The position numbers were made by a program, and so were the translations under genes. The notes under the pieces were generated by a model, which saw nothing but the letters and a program-made list of their open reading frames with translations, made no database searches and was not told the origin of the DNA. 64,000 nucleotides of DNA, taken from positions 67,828,001 through 67,892,000 of the forward strand of contig NC_135804.1 in the NCBI RefSeq assembly GCF_964213995.1. Direction: 5' to 3'. This stretch comes from Mustelus asterias. Taxonomy: Eukaryota. This document shows positions 49,870 to 63,900 of the stretch, piece after piece (position 1 is the stretch's first letter; every line of letters starts with the position of its first letter).

Positions 49870-51630
49870 CGCTGATCATAGGTTTCCAGTTTGAACAAAC
49901 AAGCGTCTATTAGCAAAGTCTGTGTTCTGTCGTCAACCAATTTAGTATCCATCTGGCAACCTCACCTGGATCCTGTAAGATTTAACCTCATGCAACAACC
50001 TACCACGTGGTACCATATCAAAGGCCTTGCTAAAGTCCAAGTAGACAACATCCACTGCACTGCCCACATCTACCTTCTTGGTTACCCCTTCAGAAACTCA
50101 ATCAAATTCATGAGACATGACCTTCCACTGACAAAGCCAAGCTGGCTGTCCCAAGTCAATCTTTGCCTCTCTAAATACCTGTTGATCATGTCTCTCAAAA
50201 TACCTTCTAACAACTTTACCAATACAGGCATTAGTCTCACCGGTCTGCAGTTCCCAGACTTTTGAATACATCCCTTCGGAAACAAGGGCACTATATTTGC
50301 CATCCTCCAATCTTCAGGCATCTCACCTGGGACTGCTGATAATTCAAATGTGTTTTCTAGGAGACCTGCAAATTAGTCCCTAGCCTCGCACAACTTCCTG
50401 GGGTACACTTCACCAGGTCCTTGGGTTTACCTACCTTGATGCGCTTTAACACTTCCAACACCTCCTTCTCTGTAATATGTTGGCTCCTCGAGGCATCACT
50501 ATTTATTTCCCCAAGTTCTCTAACAGTAAATACTGATGAGAAATAGTTCTTAATGATCTCACCATCTCTTGTGGATCCACACATAGATGGTCTTGAAGAT
50601 CCTTAAGAGGCGCTATTCTTTCCCTAGTTACTCTTTTGCCCTTTATATATTTGTAGAAGCTCTTAGAACCTTAGAACCATAGAAACCCTACAGTGCAGAA
50701 GGAGGCCATTCGGCCCATCGAGTCTGCACCGACCACAATCCCACCCAGGCCCTACCCCCACATATTTACCCGCTAATCCCTCTAACCTACACATCCCAGG
50801 ACTCGAAGGGGCAATTTTTAACCTGGCCAATCAACCTAACCCGCACATCTTTGGACTGTGGGAGGAAACCGGAGCACCCGGAGGAAACCCACGCAGACAC
50901 GAGGAGTATGTTTTGATTCTTCTTTGCCTTATTTGCCAACGCAAGGCCGTGTCCCCTTTTTGTCCTCCTGATTCTCTCTTAACTCTATGTCGACACCCTC
51001 TATACTCTTCCAGGGATCCACCTGACCCAATTACCTATGCATGTTACATGTCTCCTTCTTCTTTTTGACCAGGGCTTCAATATCCAGTGTCATCCAGAGT
51101 TCCCTAATTCTACCAGCCATGCCCGTCACTCGAAAAGGAATGTGCTTACCCTGAAGCCTGGCTAACACAATTTTGAAGGTCTCCCACTTACCGGACGTCC
51201 CTTTGCGTGCCAACAGATCCCCAATCAACTTCTGAAAATTTCTGTCTGATAATATCAAAATTGGACTTGCCGCAATTTAGAATTTTATTTTTTGGACCAG
51301 ACCTACCATTCTTCTTAACTATTTTAAAACTAATGGAATGATGGTCATTGGTCCCAAAGTGATCCCGCACTAACACTTCTGTCACCTGACTTTCTTTATT
51401 CCTCAGGGGAGGTTACGTTTGGCCCCCAATCTCCACCTCTTGTCGGGCCATCCACATACTGAAGGAGAAATTCCTCCTGAATACACACAAAAAATTTCTC
51501 TCCATCGAAGCCGCTAATGATATGGCTGTCCCAATCAATTTTGGGAGGTTAAAGTCCCCTACCACCCTACCTTTCTTGGAGTTTTCTGGAATCTGCTTAC
51601 ATATATGTTCCTCAATTTCCCGCTGTCTTT
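49870..51630 (-). mobile_element. CR1 ORF2 fragment with a nested HE1 SINE (50665-50910)
   Basis: PEDWRMANIVPLF, VVGDFNLP. Confidence 0.85.
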
Positions 51631-52134
51631 TAAAGGATGCAAATTTTGAGCCAACAGCCAATCAGATTCACTGCTCTGCTTGCTCTCTGCTGGATTCTGA
51701 AAGGATGTCTGCGTCGAAGATGCAAATTTCGTGCCGACAGCCAATCAGATTCACCGCTCTGTTGTTCTTTTCTGGATATTTACGCTTTGAAACTCCGAGT
51801 GTGTCTTGTTCAGGTCCTCTATTTGGAAAGGCTGACTGCGAAAAGTATGCCAATTTTCAGCATTATTTTTCTCATAGTTAATTGCGTTCGTGAAGGTGAA
51901 AGTTATTGATCTTTTCTGTCTTGAATAACACCATGTAGAAGGTGGCTTATCTAGTGGGAGATGAAAATCAACCGGACTGCTGTGCTCGACAATCACAGAA
52001 AGGATAAAGTGGGATTAAATAAGATCCCGGTCGCTAAATAAAACCACTTTGTTAATGAAACAACTTGACAGTTTCTTGGTAAATTTAAGTGTTCTTCTGT
52101 ATACCTAATATCATTCCAGGTTTATACAACGAAG

Positions 52135-52400
52135 AGCACGGTGGCACAGTGGTTAGCACTGGGGCTGGGGTTCAATTCGGCCTGGGGTCACTGCCTGTGC
52201 AGAGTCGATTCATTCTCCCTATGGCTGCGTGGGTTTCCTCCGGTGCTCGGGTTTCCTCCCACTCTCCAAAGATATGGGCGGTACGTTGATTGGCCATGCG
52301 AGGTTGCCCCTTACTGTCGGCGGGATGGGGGGAGGGGGAGGGGCTAGCAAGGTAAATAATCGGGTTGCGGGAATGCAATGTAGGATTCTCGGATTCTACG
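52135..52400 (+). mobile_element. HE1-type SINE
   Basis: gcacggtggcacagtggttagcact...gtgggtttcctccggtgctcgggtttcctcccac. Confidence 0.85.
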
Positions 52401-53339
52401 ATTATTTAAATAGTACCCTATTGTGGAATATGTTTCCGCATGAAAGTGCTCAGGCCCTTGGTTTAGAAGGCCGGTAAGAGGAGGAGAGTGCTGTAGTGTT
52501 TATATTTGTACGATGAATTTATCTTTGTATCTCTGTGGGGGCAAGGGTGAATTACCTATCCCGATTGGTGATAGTAAGGAAACGTCTTCAGCGGCTGAAA
52601 TCCATGTGATGCACATTGACCCACAATGATTTTACGGAGGGAGGTATAGAATCTTGACCTGATAACAGTGAAAATAATTTCATTCCAAGTCAAAATAGTG
52701 CGTGACATGGAATAGAACTTGCACGAACATATACCATGCATATGTCTTTCAAGCTGCTAGATTTCATGGGCGTAGATGACACTTTCAGTTGATTCTTATA
52801 AATGTTTCACAATGCTGCTACTTGCGATGTTAATTTTTGTATTGCTTTTAATGGAAACTTGGAGAGCAGTCTTCAGTCGCCTCAATTGCAGCTTATGTTA
52901 GCAGGTTCATGTTATATGCTGAACATTTTCCTGCACTTCCTGCGTATGCAAACGAAGCATTCCCGTATCTAAAAATGGTGGACTGGCACTCGGCATCATG
53001 CAACCATCTGAAATATTAACAATTTTGACCTTAGGGAGGAGGAAATGTCATGGATGGAGCAGCTAAAGGTTTTTGGGCCTACGCCCCTGCACTAAGCAAC
53101 ACCTACAAATTGACTGGAGCTCATTAGCTACAAACAGTAACCTGTGGAATGTTACCCGATTCATATTGCCTTCAAAGATGTTAGGACTCCTTGATGCAAA
53201 ACACTGACAAGTTTAAAATTAATATCCAATGCAGTCACTGTCACGTCATTGCTTGAGTTCAGTTGATCTCTCCATACTTTGGACAAGTAAACTGCTACTG
53301 TGTAGTGAAGAATTGCATTCATCTCATGTTTCTTGTGTC

Positions 53340-56300
53340 GGGTATGTTTAAAAATTTGAGCTGTTTTGCTTGCTATTGGAGGAGATAGTTTCGGATAATG
53401 ATGTGGTTAAACAAGCCATCATAAGCGCCTATGGACTTGTGCCAGAGGCTTACAGATAGAATTTTAGAAATCTGAGCAAGAGACAAGGTCAAACATACGT
53501 AGCAATAGAAAAAAAATCAAACAAAGTAACATTTTCAGGTGGGTAGGAAAACTGAAGGTAACACAGAAGTATGACACTCATAGGGAAACGGATATCTTGG
53601 ATGAGTTCAAAAAATCACTTCCCGACGTAGTGATAACTCATGTGGAAGAACAGAGGGTAAAAACTGCGAGACTGGCACCAGAAATACCAAATGATTATCT
53701 GTTAGATGGTTAAACATGATTTGTGTTTCAAAATCTATTTCAATATGTGAGTGATAGAAACTGGGGAAAGAGAAATCATCAGGTCTCAACGGCAAAGTGT
53801 AATTCTTTGGAGACAGGAATGAGAATTTACCTCAGTTCAAATAGGGAATATGCGAAGGCGGGGTAGAGATAAAAAAGCCTCAGATGTTTTCATTGTGATA
53901 AAGTGGGAAAAACGATGTCACAGTGTTGGTGGCTTATTAAAAGCAGCAGGAAGATAGACTTGGCAAAATAGCCAGTGGTGTTTGGTTCAGAGTCAAAGGA
54001 AATAATGGTTAAGGATAAATTTGTGCACATCATATTTGCTGTCCAGTGATTGTCCGATCTCTTTCAATAGTTTCCTTGTCTGGATCAGGTTTACTCGTGT
54101 ACAAGGAGGACTAGGTGAAGACGTTAAAGTTTTCAGGATACACAAGAAAGTCTATCTTCGATAGTGAGACCTATATAGTTCAGAAGGGGTATTGCCAGAA
54201 AAGGTGGTAAAATGTGAAATTCATGGTGAAGGGTGTTCCATTATATGTCCAAGGTTGGAGAGTGCAGTCAAATAAATAAAGTGGTCGTAGGAGTAATAAA
54301 GAAATTAATCTTTTCTGGAATACAGTTTATCCTGTTTAAAGACATGGCTGGATCACAGGTGGGAGTGATGGATACTGCGTTTGAAACGCCAGTGCAAAAT
54401 GAGCTGTTGCAAGAAGCCATCATGGCATTTTTGCTGTCGGTGCAGTAACAAGATCAAAAAGCCACAGCTTGAGCCAGGAGGAGAAATCAAAGAGTAAAAA
54501 TAAGGAGATTGAGGTTCAGTTATCATAAACCATTGTTGACCAAGTGACTGAGAAGAAACAACAACAATGGGAGAATGAAACAAATATATTTAGGCCAGCA
54601 GAATTGGTCGAATGACAACGGAAGGATGCAGATGTAAAGTAGTTGTAACAGAAAGGATACCCAGAAGGAAAATCTGCGTGTATACCACAGTATTACATTA
54701 AAAATGACATCTTGATGAGGAACGGGAGAACTTTACACGTTCAAGTAGACGAAAAATGTGCAGACGTTCATCAAAATGTATTAGTGGTGGGTTATATAAA
54801 GGAGGTGTTGCAGATGGAGTACGAGGTTCCAGTCGGAGGTCATGTAGGAGTAAGAAAAACTTAAGCAACTGTACAGAAACGTTTTTCTTGGACTGGATTA
54901 CATGATGATGTAATAACATTTTGCCATACCCATGTCAGGTAATAAGAAAACCTCAAGCAGTAATCAAAGACGCACATTCAATAGACATTTCAACATTTGA
55001 GGAACATTTTACGGGTGTCCCAATTGATTGTGTGGGACTCCTTCCGAGACCGTGTATGTTGACTATGATCGGTATGTCTACTAATTTCCAGCGGCCACTC
55101 CATTAAACGATAACACAGCAAATATTGTTGCTGAGGAGAGTTACTGCTTTTGACCAGTTAGGGACTGCAGACAAAAGAAAAACAATCAAATCATTGGTCA
55201 AATTTTATGTCAAAGCTGTTCAGTGAAGTATGAATAGCTTTGGGGTAAAACAATTCCATAATCACGGGGAACGTTAGAAGGGTGGCATTGGACATTAAGG
55301 TCAATGTTGAGGGTGTATCGAAAGGATTACCCAGAAGTTGGGATAAAGAATTCCATTTGTAAATTTTGCAATTAGGGATGTAATTATTACATTTGAATAG
55401 TTTGTTGGTCATGATTTAATGAGAACCACTTAACTTTATCAAGCATACATTGGTGAGTCAGCGTTCTGAGACTGCGTTATTAGACTATGTGTCAAACATT
55501 AGGGAGAGATTAGCTATACTTGTTATGTTGGCCAGGCGCCATTTAAAAGTGGCACAGCAAGCGATCAACTTCTAAGCAGATACGAGATCAAAAAAATCAT
55601 AGCGTTGCTAGTGGAGGGAAAGAATAAGTTTTGTTAGCGCGGATAGGGAAACTCTTAAAAACAATGTTTAGTGGCTCTAATCAAATGAAAAGAAAATTGA
55701 GTGAGAGGAATTATTTGAAAATAATGCCAGAAAAAAGAACCATCACAGAGTATGTCATGTGAATATGATCAAGTGGCATTTTGTAATGAAGGAAAGCAGA
55801 AGCAGCATGTGTTGCTTGTTACAACTGGGATAGAAAAAACAAGTAAATATATTATGAATATGAAATTCCTCCAATTAAATTGGATGAGCAGGTAGATTTG
55901 ATTTGAATTGATGAGATTTATTATTGTCACATGTATTAACATACAGTGAAAAGTATTGTTTCTTGTGCGCTGTACAGACACAGCATACCGTTCATAGAGA
56001 AGGAAACGAGAGAGTGCAGAATATAGGGTTACAGTCATAGCGAGGGTATAGAGAAAGATCAACTGATGTAATAAAATGCAAGGTAAGTTCATTCAAAAGT
56101 CTGATAGCAGCAGGGAAGAAGCTGTTGTTCAGTCGGTTGGTACGTGACCTCAGACTTTTGCATCTTTTTCCTGATGGAAGAAGATGGAAGATAGAATGTC
56201 CTGGGTGCGTGGGGTCCTCAATTATGCTGGCTTTGCCAAGGCAGCGGCAAGTGTAGAGAGAGTCAATAGATGGGAGGCAGGTTTGCGTGATGGATTGGGC

Positions 56301-56775
56301 GACATTCACGACCTTCTGTAGTTCCTTGCAGTCTTGGGCAGAGCAGGAGCCATAGCAAGTTGTGATACAACCAGAAAGAGTGATTTCTATGGTGCATCTG
56401 TAAGAGAGTCGTAGCTGACATGGCTAGATTTCAGTAACTGGAGCAAATTGTTGAGGTACCTTCCGGAGTTATTAAAATCACATGGAGAAAAATGTGGGAA
56501 TAAGCAAGTAAATACTATGAATACTGCTCCAATTCAGCATTATCTGTGTTTATATAATCCTCTCAAATTCGCACAGGTTGAGAAAGATAAGTTGATGTTT
56601 ATTCATCTGAGAAGCAGCAAACAAAGGTCTCCATCAGCCATGTAAAACGAGTGAAGGTGGAGAATGAAACCCCGTGACAGGACAATGATGAGAATAAAGA
56701 AAGTGAACAGGTAGGGAGACAGGAGCAAGACAAGTTGACAGAATTGTAACCTGTTCCTGAATTTTTGAAATTGCA
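53340..56775 (+). mobile_element. Decayed Gypsy LTR-retrotransposon internal region (Gmr1-like gag, zinc knuckle, integrase), interrupted at 55895-56432
   Basis: DVVKQAIISAYGLVPEAYR at ~53400, CFHCDKVG....QCW at ~53885, FEEHFTGVPIDCVGLLP at ~54995. Confidence 0.8.
55895..56432 (-). mobile_element. Rex1/Babar 3' fragment nested in the Gypsy remnant
   Basis: DPTHPGHSIFHLLPSGKR.KSLRSRTNRL.NSFFPAAIRLLN. Confidence 0.85.
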
Positions 56776-59700
56776 AAGAACAAAGAACAATACAGCACAG
56801 GAACAGGCCCTTCGGCCCTCCAAGCCTGTGCCGCTCATGTGCCCACGAGAACATTCTTTTGTATCACTCTATTCCCAGTCTGTTCATGTGGCTATCTAGA
56901 TAAGTCTTAAACGATCCCAGCGTGTCCACCTCAATCACCTTGCTTGGCAGTGCATTCCAGGCCCCCACCACCCTCTCTGTAAAATACGTCCCCTGACCTC
57001 TGTGTTGAATCTTGCCCCCTTCACTTTGAACCCGTGACCCCTTGTGTTCGTCACCTCCGACCTGGGAAAAAGCTTCCCACTGTTCACCCTATCTATGCCC
57101 TTCATAATTTTATACACCTCTATTAGGTCGCCCCTCATCCTCCGTCTTTCCAGGGAGAACAACCCCAGTTTACCCAATCTCTCCTCATAGCTAAGATCCT
57201 CCATACCAGCCAACATCCTGGTAAACCTTTTCTGTACTCTCTTCAAAGCCTCCACGTCCTTCTGGTAGTGTGGCGACCAGAACTGGATGCAGTATTCCAA
57301 ATGTGGCCGAACCATCGTTCCATACCGCTGCAACATCATATGCCAACTTTTATATTCTATGCCCTGTCCAATAAATGCAAGCATGCCATATGCCTTCTTC
57401 ACCGCCCTCTCCACCTGTGCTGCCACCTTTAAGGAGCTGTGGACTTGTACACCCAGGTCCCTCTGTGTGTCTATATTCTTGATGGTTCTGCCATTTATTG
57501 TATAGCCCCTCCTTACATTAAATCTACCGAAATGCATCACTTTGCATTTATTTGGATTAAATTCCATCTGCCATTTCTCCACCCAATGTTCCAGCCTATC
57601 AATAGCCTGCTGTATTCTTTGAGAATGTTCATCACTATCTGCAACTTCAGCAATCTTCGTATTGTCCGCAAACTTACTGATCACACCAGTTACATCTTCC
57701 TCCAAATCATTTATATAGATCACAAAGAGCAGAGGTTCTAGTACAGAGCCCTGCGGAACACGACTAGTCACAGACCTCCAACCGGAAAAAGACCCCTCCA
57801 CTGCTACCCTCTGTCTTCTATGGCTAAGCCAGTTCTCCACCCATCGAGCTAGCTCACCTTTTATCCCCTGAGATTTAACCTTTTGCACCAGCCTGCCATG
57901 CGGGACCTTGTCAAACGCTTTACTGAAATCCACATAGACGACATCCACGGCCCTTCCCTCGTCAATCGTTCTTGTCACCTCCTCAAATAACTCAACCAAA
58001 TTTGTGAGGCATGACCTCCCTCGTACAAAACCATGCTGTCTCTCGCTAATGAGATTGTTCAGTTCTAAATGCTCATATATCCTATTTCTAAGAATCTTCT
58101 CCAACAACTTCCCTATCACAGACGTCAAGCTCACCAGCCTATAATTATCCGGGTTATCCTTCCTACCCTTCTTAAATAACGGGACCACATTTGTTATCCT
58201 CCAATCCTCTGGCACCTCACCTGTGTCCAGTGAAGAGACAAAGATTTCTGTTCGAGGCCCAGCAATTGCATCTCTCGCCTCCCTGAGGAGTCTAGGATAG
58301 AAGCCATCCAGCCCTGGGGATTTGTCTGCCTTAATGTTTCCTAAAAAACAAAACACTTCCTCCCTTGTAAGTGAGATTTTTTCTAACGGGTCAACACATC
58401 TCTCTGAGACAATACCAGTCAACATGCCCCTCTGCTTTGTGAATACTGATGCAAAGTATTCGTTTAGGATCTCACCTACTTCCTTTGGTTCTAAGCACAA
58501 TTCCCCTCCTGTGTCCCTGAGAGGTCCGATTTTTTCCCTAACAACCCTCTTGTTCCTAACGTTTGTATAAAATGCCTTAGGATTCTCCTTAATCCTGTCT
58601 GCCAAGGACATTTCGTGATCCCTTTTTGCCCTTCTAAATCCCTGTTTGAGTTATTTTCGACTTTCTCTGTATTCCTCCTGTGCTCCATCTGTTTTTAGCT
58701 GCCTGGACCTCATGTATGCCTCTTTTTTCTTTTTGATTAGACGCCCAATTTCACTGGTTATCCACGGCTCCCAAATCCTACCTTTGCTATCCTTCCTCTT
58801 TACAGGCACATGCCTGTCCTGCAGTCCTATCAACTGCTCCTTAAAAGACTCCCACATGCCAGATGTGGATTTACCCTCGAACAGCCTCTCCCAATCAACA
58901 GCCACCAAATCCTGCCTAATCCGGCTGTAGTTCGCCTTCCCCAATTCAGTACCTGTAGGACACCACTCATCTTTTCCCATTACTATCCTAAAGTTTACAG
59001 AATTGTGGTCACTATTTGCCACATGTTCCCCTACTGCAACTTTGATGACCTGAGCGGACTCATTCCCCAGTACTAGGTCCAGTATAGCCCCCTCTCTAGT
59101 TGGACTGTCAACATATTGTTCCAAAGAACTGTCCTGTACACAATTTATAAATGCTTCCCCATCCAGGCCCCCAGCCCTAAGCGATTTCCAGTCTATTTGA
59201 GGGAAATTAAAATCTCCCACTACAACAACCCTATTTTTTCTGCACCTGTCCAGAATCTCCTTACATATCCGTTCCTCATCTTCCCGTGGGCTGTTGGGAG
59301 GCCTGTGGTATACCCCCAGCATAGTGACTGCGCCCTTCCTGTTTCTGAGCTCCACCCACAGTGACCCGTTACCTGACCCTTCCATATTGTCCACCCTCTG
59401 TACCGCTGTAATATGATCCCGAACGAGCATTGCTACTCCCCCATCTCTCCTCGCCCCTCCTCCGTCTCATCTAAAACACTTATACCCCGGAATATGCAGC
59501 TGCCAGTCCTGTCCTTTTAACCAAGTCTCCGTCACTGCAACCACATCCAAGTTCTGCGCAAGCATTAAGACTCTAAGCCCTTCTGTCTTGCCCGTGACGC
59601 TCCTTGCATTGAAGCATATGCATTCCAGACTTCCAGGCCCACTCAGGTCATCATCCCCCAGAATGCCCTTCCTCTAAGATAGCCTTGTCTTGGCCCCAAC

Positions 59701-60380
59701 CTCGTCCCCAGCCTCTATGCTTATTGACCTATTGGTCTGATCCCCACCCCCCTGCCACATTAGTTTAATCCCATCCGAACCACACTCGCAAAACTCCCAG
59801 CTAGGATATTCGTACCCCTCCAGTTTACGTGCAACCTGTCCTTCTTGTACGGGTGCCATCCTCTCTTGAAGACTTCCCAGTGGTCCACGAATTCGAAACC
59901 CTCCCTCCTGCACCAGTCCCTTAGCCACGCGTTCAGCTGTGCAATCTCCCTGTTCTTAGCCTCACTGACTTGTGACACTGGGAGTAGTCCAGAGATCGCT
60001 ACCCTAGAGGCCCTGCTTTTTAGCCGAATACCCAACTCCCTGAATTGCTCTCGCAGGACCTCCCTGCTCTTTCTGCCTACGTCATTTGCACCAATGTGGA
60101 CAATGACGTCTGTCTGGTTACCCGCCTTCTTTAGGATGCTTCCTACCCGCTCAGTGACATCCAGGACCCCGGCATCAGGGAGGCAGACTACCATCCTGGA
60201 GTCTCGGTCACGCCCACAGAACCGCCTCTCTGTGCCTCTAACCATTTCATCCCCCACTACTATTGCTCTCCTCGTTCCCCTCTGTCCCTTCTGAGCCACA
60301 GGGCCCGATTCCGTGCCAGTGAACTGGTCACCGTGGCTTACCCCTGGAGGGTCATCCCCCACCCCGCCACAGTATCCAAA
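56775..60380 (-). mobile_element. Near-complete CR1 LINE: ORF1 SGNH-esterase domain (59760-60362) and ORF2 APE+RT (frameshifted; 58651-59430, 56935-58611)
   Basis: ORF1 IVVGDEMVR...HIGAND...DRLH; ORF2 GDFNFP, PQGSVLEPLLF, FADN. Confidence 0.95.
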
Positions 60381-60474
60381 ATGGTATACTTACCTAAATA
60401 TAAATAGCGGGGTTGTCAAAAACAGCTGACCAACTATGCGAAGGAAAATGCAGATCAGTCAACAATCATGTTTT

Positions 60475-60960
60475 TAAAAATTTATTAATGTCACGTGTAT
60501 TAGTATGCAGTGAAAAGTATTGTTTCTTGCATGCTATACAGGCAAAGCATACAGTACATGCAGAATAAAAGGAAGAGTGCAGAATGTCGTGTTTCAGCCA
60601 TAGCTAGATTGTAGAGAAGGATTAACTTACTACGAGGTAGGTCCATTCAAATGGCTGATGGCAAAAGGGAAGTAATTATTATTGATTGGTACATGACCTC
60701 AGACTTCTGTATCTTCTTCCCAACGGAATAAGGTATGTCTGAGTTTCACAGGGTCCTTGATTATGCTGACTGCTTTTCCGAGGAAGTGCTCAGTCTCGAC
60801 AGAGTCAATGGTTGGGAGGCTTGTTTGCTTGATGGATGGGGTGTCGTTCATGATACTTCGTACTTTCTTGCGGTCTTTGACAGAGAAGTAGCCATGCCAA
60901 GCTGTGGTACAGCCAGAAAAAAATGCTTTCTGTGGTGCACCTCTAAAGCTTGGTGAGTGT
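60475..60960 (-). mobile_element. Rex1/Babar 3' fragment, continued at 62191-62490 after the CR1 insertion
   Basis: Similar to 55895-56432; tgtcat occurs at both CR1 junctions. Confidence 0.8.
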
Positions 60961-63900
60961 CATCGAGTCATAGAGTCATAGAGGTTGACAGCATGGAAGG
61001 AGGCCCTTCTGCCCAACGTGTACATGCTGCCCTTTTTTAAAAATCCCTCAACTCATCCCAATTGCCTGCATTTGGCCCGTATCCCTCTATACCCATCTTA
61101 CCCATGTAACTGTCTAAATGCTTTTCTAAAGTCAAAATTGTAACCCGCCTCTACAACTAACTCTGGCAGCTTGTTCCAGACATTCACCACCCTCTTTGTG
61201 AAAACATTGCCCCTCTTGATACTTTTGTATCTCTCCCCTCTCGCCTTAAACCTATGCCCGCTAGTTTTAGACTCCCCTATCTCTGGGAAAAGATATTGAC
61301 TATCTAGCTGATGTGTGCCCCTCAATATTTTATAGACCTTCATAATATCACCCCTCAGCCTTCTGTGCTTCACGGAAAAAAGACTCAGTCTGTCCAGCCT
61401 CTCCTTATAACTCAAACCATCAAGTCCCGGTAGCATCCTAGTAAATCTATTCTGCACTCTTTCGAGTTTAATAATATCCTTTCTGTAAGAGGTGACCAGA
61501 ACTGTACACAGTATTCCAAGTGTGGCCTTACCAATGTCTTGTACAACTTCAACAAGACGTCCCAACTCCTGTATTCAATGTCCTGACCAATGAAACAAAG
61601 CATGCTGAATGCTTTCTTCACCACTCTGTCCACCTGTGACTTCACTTTCAAGGAGCTATGAACATGTACCCCTATATCTCTTTGTTCTGTCACTCTCCCT
61701 AGCACTGAGTAAGTCCTGCGCTGGTTCAATCTACCAAAATACATCACCTCGCTTTATCTAAATTAAATTCCATCTGCCATTCGTCAGCACACAAGCCCAA
61801 TTGTTCAAGATCCCGTTGCAATCGGAGATAACTTTCTTCACTGTCCACTATGCCACCAATCTTGGTGTCATCTGCAAATTTACTAATCTCCTATATTCTG
61901 ATCCAAATCACTAATATAAATGACAAATAACAGCGGACCCAGCACTGATCCCTGAGGCACACCGCTGGTCACAGGCCTCCAGTTTGAAAACCAAACCTCT
62001 ACAACCACCTGTCAAAAATACCAATTTTGTATCCATTTGGATACCCCTCGTTGGATCACGTGAGAGTTAACCTTATGCAACAACCGACCATGCGGTACCT
62101 TGTCAAAGGCCTTGCGAAAGTCCATGTAGACAACATCAATTGCATTGCCCACATCTACCTTCTTGGTTCGCCATTCAAAAAACTCAATCATGTCATAGTG
62201 GACATGCCACATTTCGTTCACCTTCTGAGAATGTAGGGAGGATGTTGGGCTTTCTTATCTATAGCATCGGCGTGGAAGCACCAGGACAGGTTGCTGGTGA
62301 TCTGGACATATAGAAACTTGAAGCTCTCGATCATTTCCACTTCATCCGTGTTGATGGAGGCAGAGACATGTCTTCCTGAGGTAAATGATTATTTCCTTCA
62401 CTTTGAGGAAGATTTTATTGTCATCCCACGAATCTGTCAAATTCTCTCTCTCTTTCCTGTATTCTGTCTCAGCATCGCTTGAGATCTAATCCATATGTGT
62501 GATCGCATTCTTTGTGCTGATGATACAATTCCTTTCTGATATTTTGATGAAATAAAGGTTTGAATATGAGATATTTATGAAATCCATAAACCTGTTCCTC
62601 TGTGCTCACTCATTTTATGCAATTGCTTAACAAACAAAATTGTTTCGTGGGAGTTAGTCCGAGGTCACCAAATGAAATGTACCATTTACTGTGAGTACTG
62701 TTTTCGCCAGTGGAGATAGTAACGTAGGGACAAATGTTTCCAGCAGACGATTGGTCACGTTGAGACAACCAAACACACAAAAATTAATGCAGATGAAATC
62801 GAGAAGCTTATTGCCAATAATGAGCAATTGAACAAAAATGTGCTCAGTGTCGAGAAGCAACTTCCATGCACAAAAGATCAATTTGCCAGTGAAAAGCTGG
62901 AATTGATATGAACAATTTCAAATGTGTCGCATCAATGATAATCTGGATGAAATAAATGCAACAACAATAAATCTTCCGTTAAAATTAGATTAACTGCAAT
63001 ATCAAAAAATTCCAGAATGTGTTGTGCAACAAAATATTTGAACAGGGAAAATGAATGGCCAGTGAAGCATAAGAGGTGCTTAAAAATCAAGACTGATGGA
63101 CGGTTTGAACTTCGTCGTGAGACGGTTAAGAAGATTTTTGAACTTTGATGCAATCCTGAAATTATGGAAGATGATCTTATATACTTGAAGGATCGATGAT
63201 CATGGATACTTATATACAGTTGCATGTTAGGCTGACACAGAGTGTGGAGCAGCCGGAATCCTACCAATGGTTGAGTTTACAAGAGACCATTTGAAACAAA
63301 CATATCAGTTTCATTTTCATGGCGGGTGTTTTACATCCTGTTGCACTGGTCAAGTAGCATAGCGGGGAGGGAAATTTAGCAGAAGACAAATTACTTGAAA
63401 TGTGCGTGGTCTTCCACGATACGCCCAGGCCGTTTTGTCGAACGCAATCTGCATCGCACCCAATGTGCCCGATGTGAATTAAAATGTTTGTGACATCGTT
63501 ACCATATCATTCGTGAATTCAGCATGGCCGGTTCCTCTTCCTGTACCTCCTGCCACCCATCTCCCACCCCCACAGCGTGACGTAATGTCGGCATTATTTA
63601 CACATGAGACAGAATTTTACGAAAGAAATTCTAAGTGCCAAGCTGGCGTGAAAATGGGAGAGTTTTATTTCCGTTTATTGGCCGAGGCCAAATCAATACC
63701 TTATAGACGTAGAGAAGTGGGCATCGTGGGCAACACGGTGGCAAAGTGGTATGCACTGCTGCCTCACAGCGCCAGGGACCCGGGTTCATTTCCGATCTCG
63801 GGTTGTGTATGAGTGGAGGGTGCACATTCTCCCCGTGTCTGCGTGGTTTTCCTCCGGGTGCTCTGGTTTCCTTCCACAGTCCTAAGGTTTTACACCCTGT

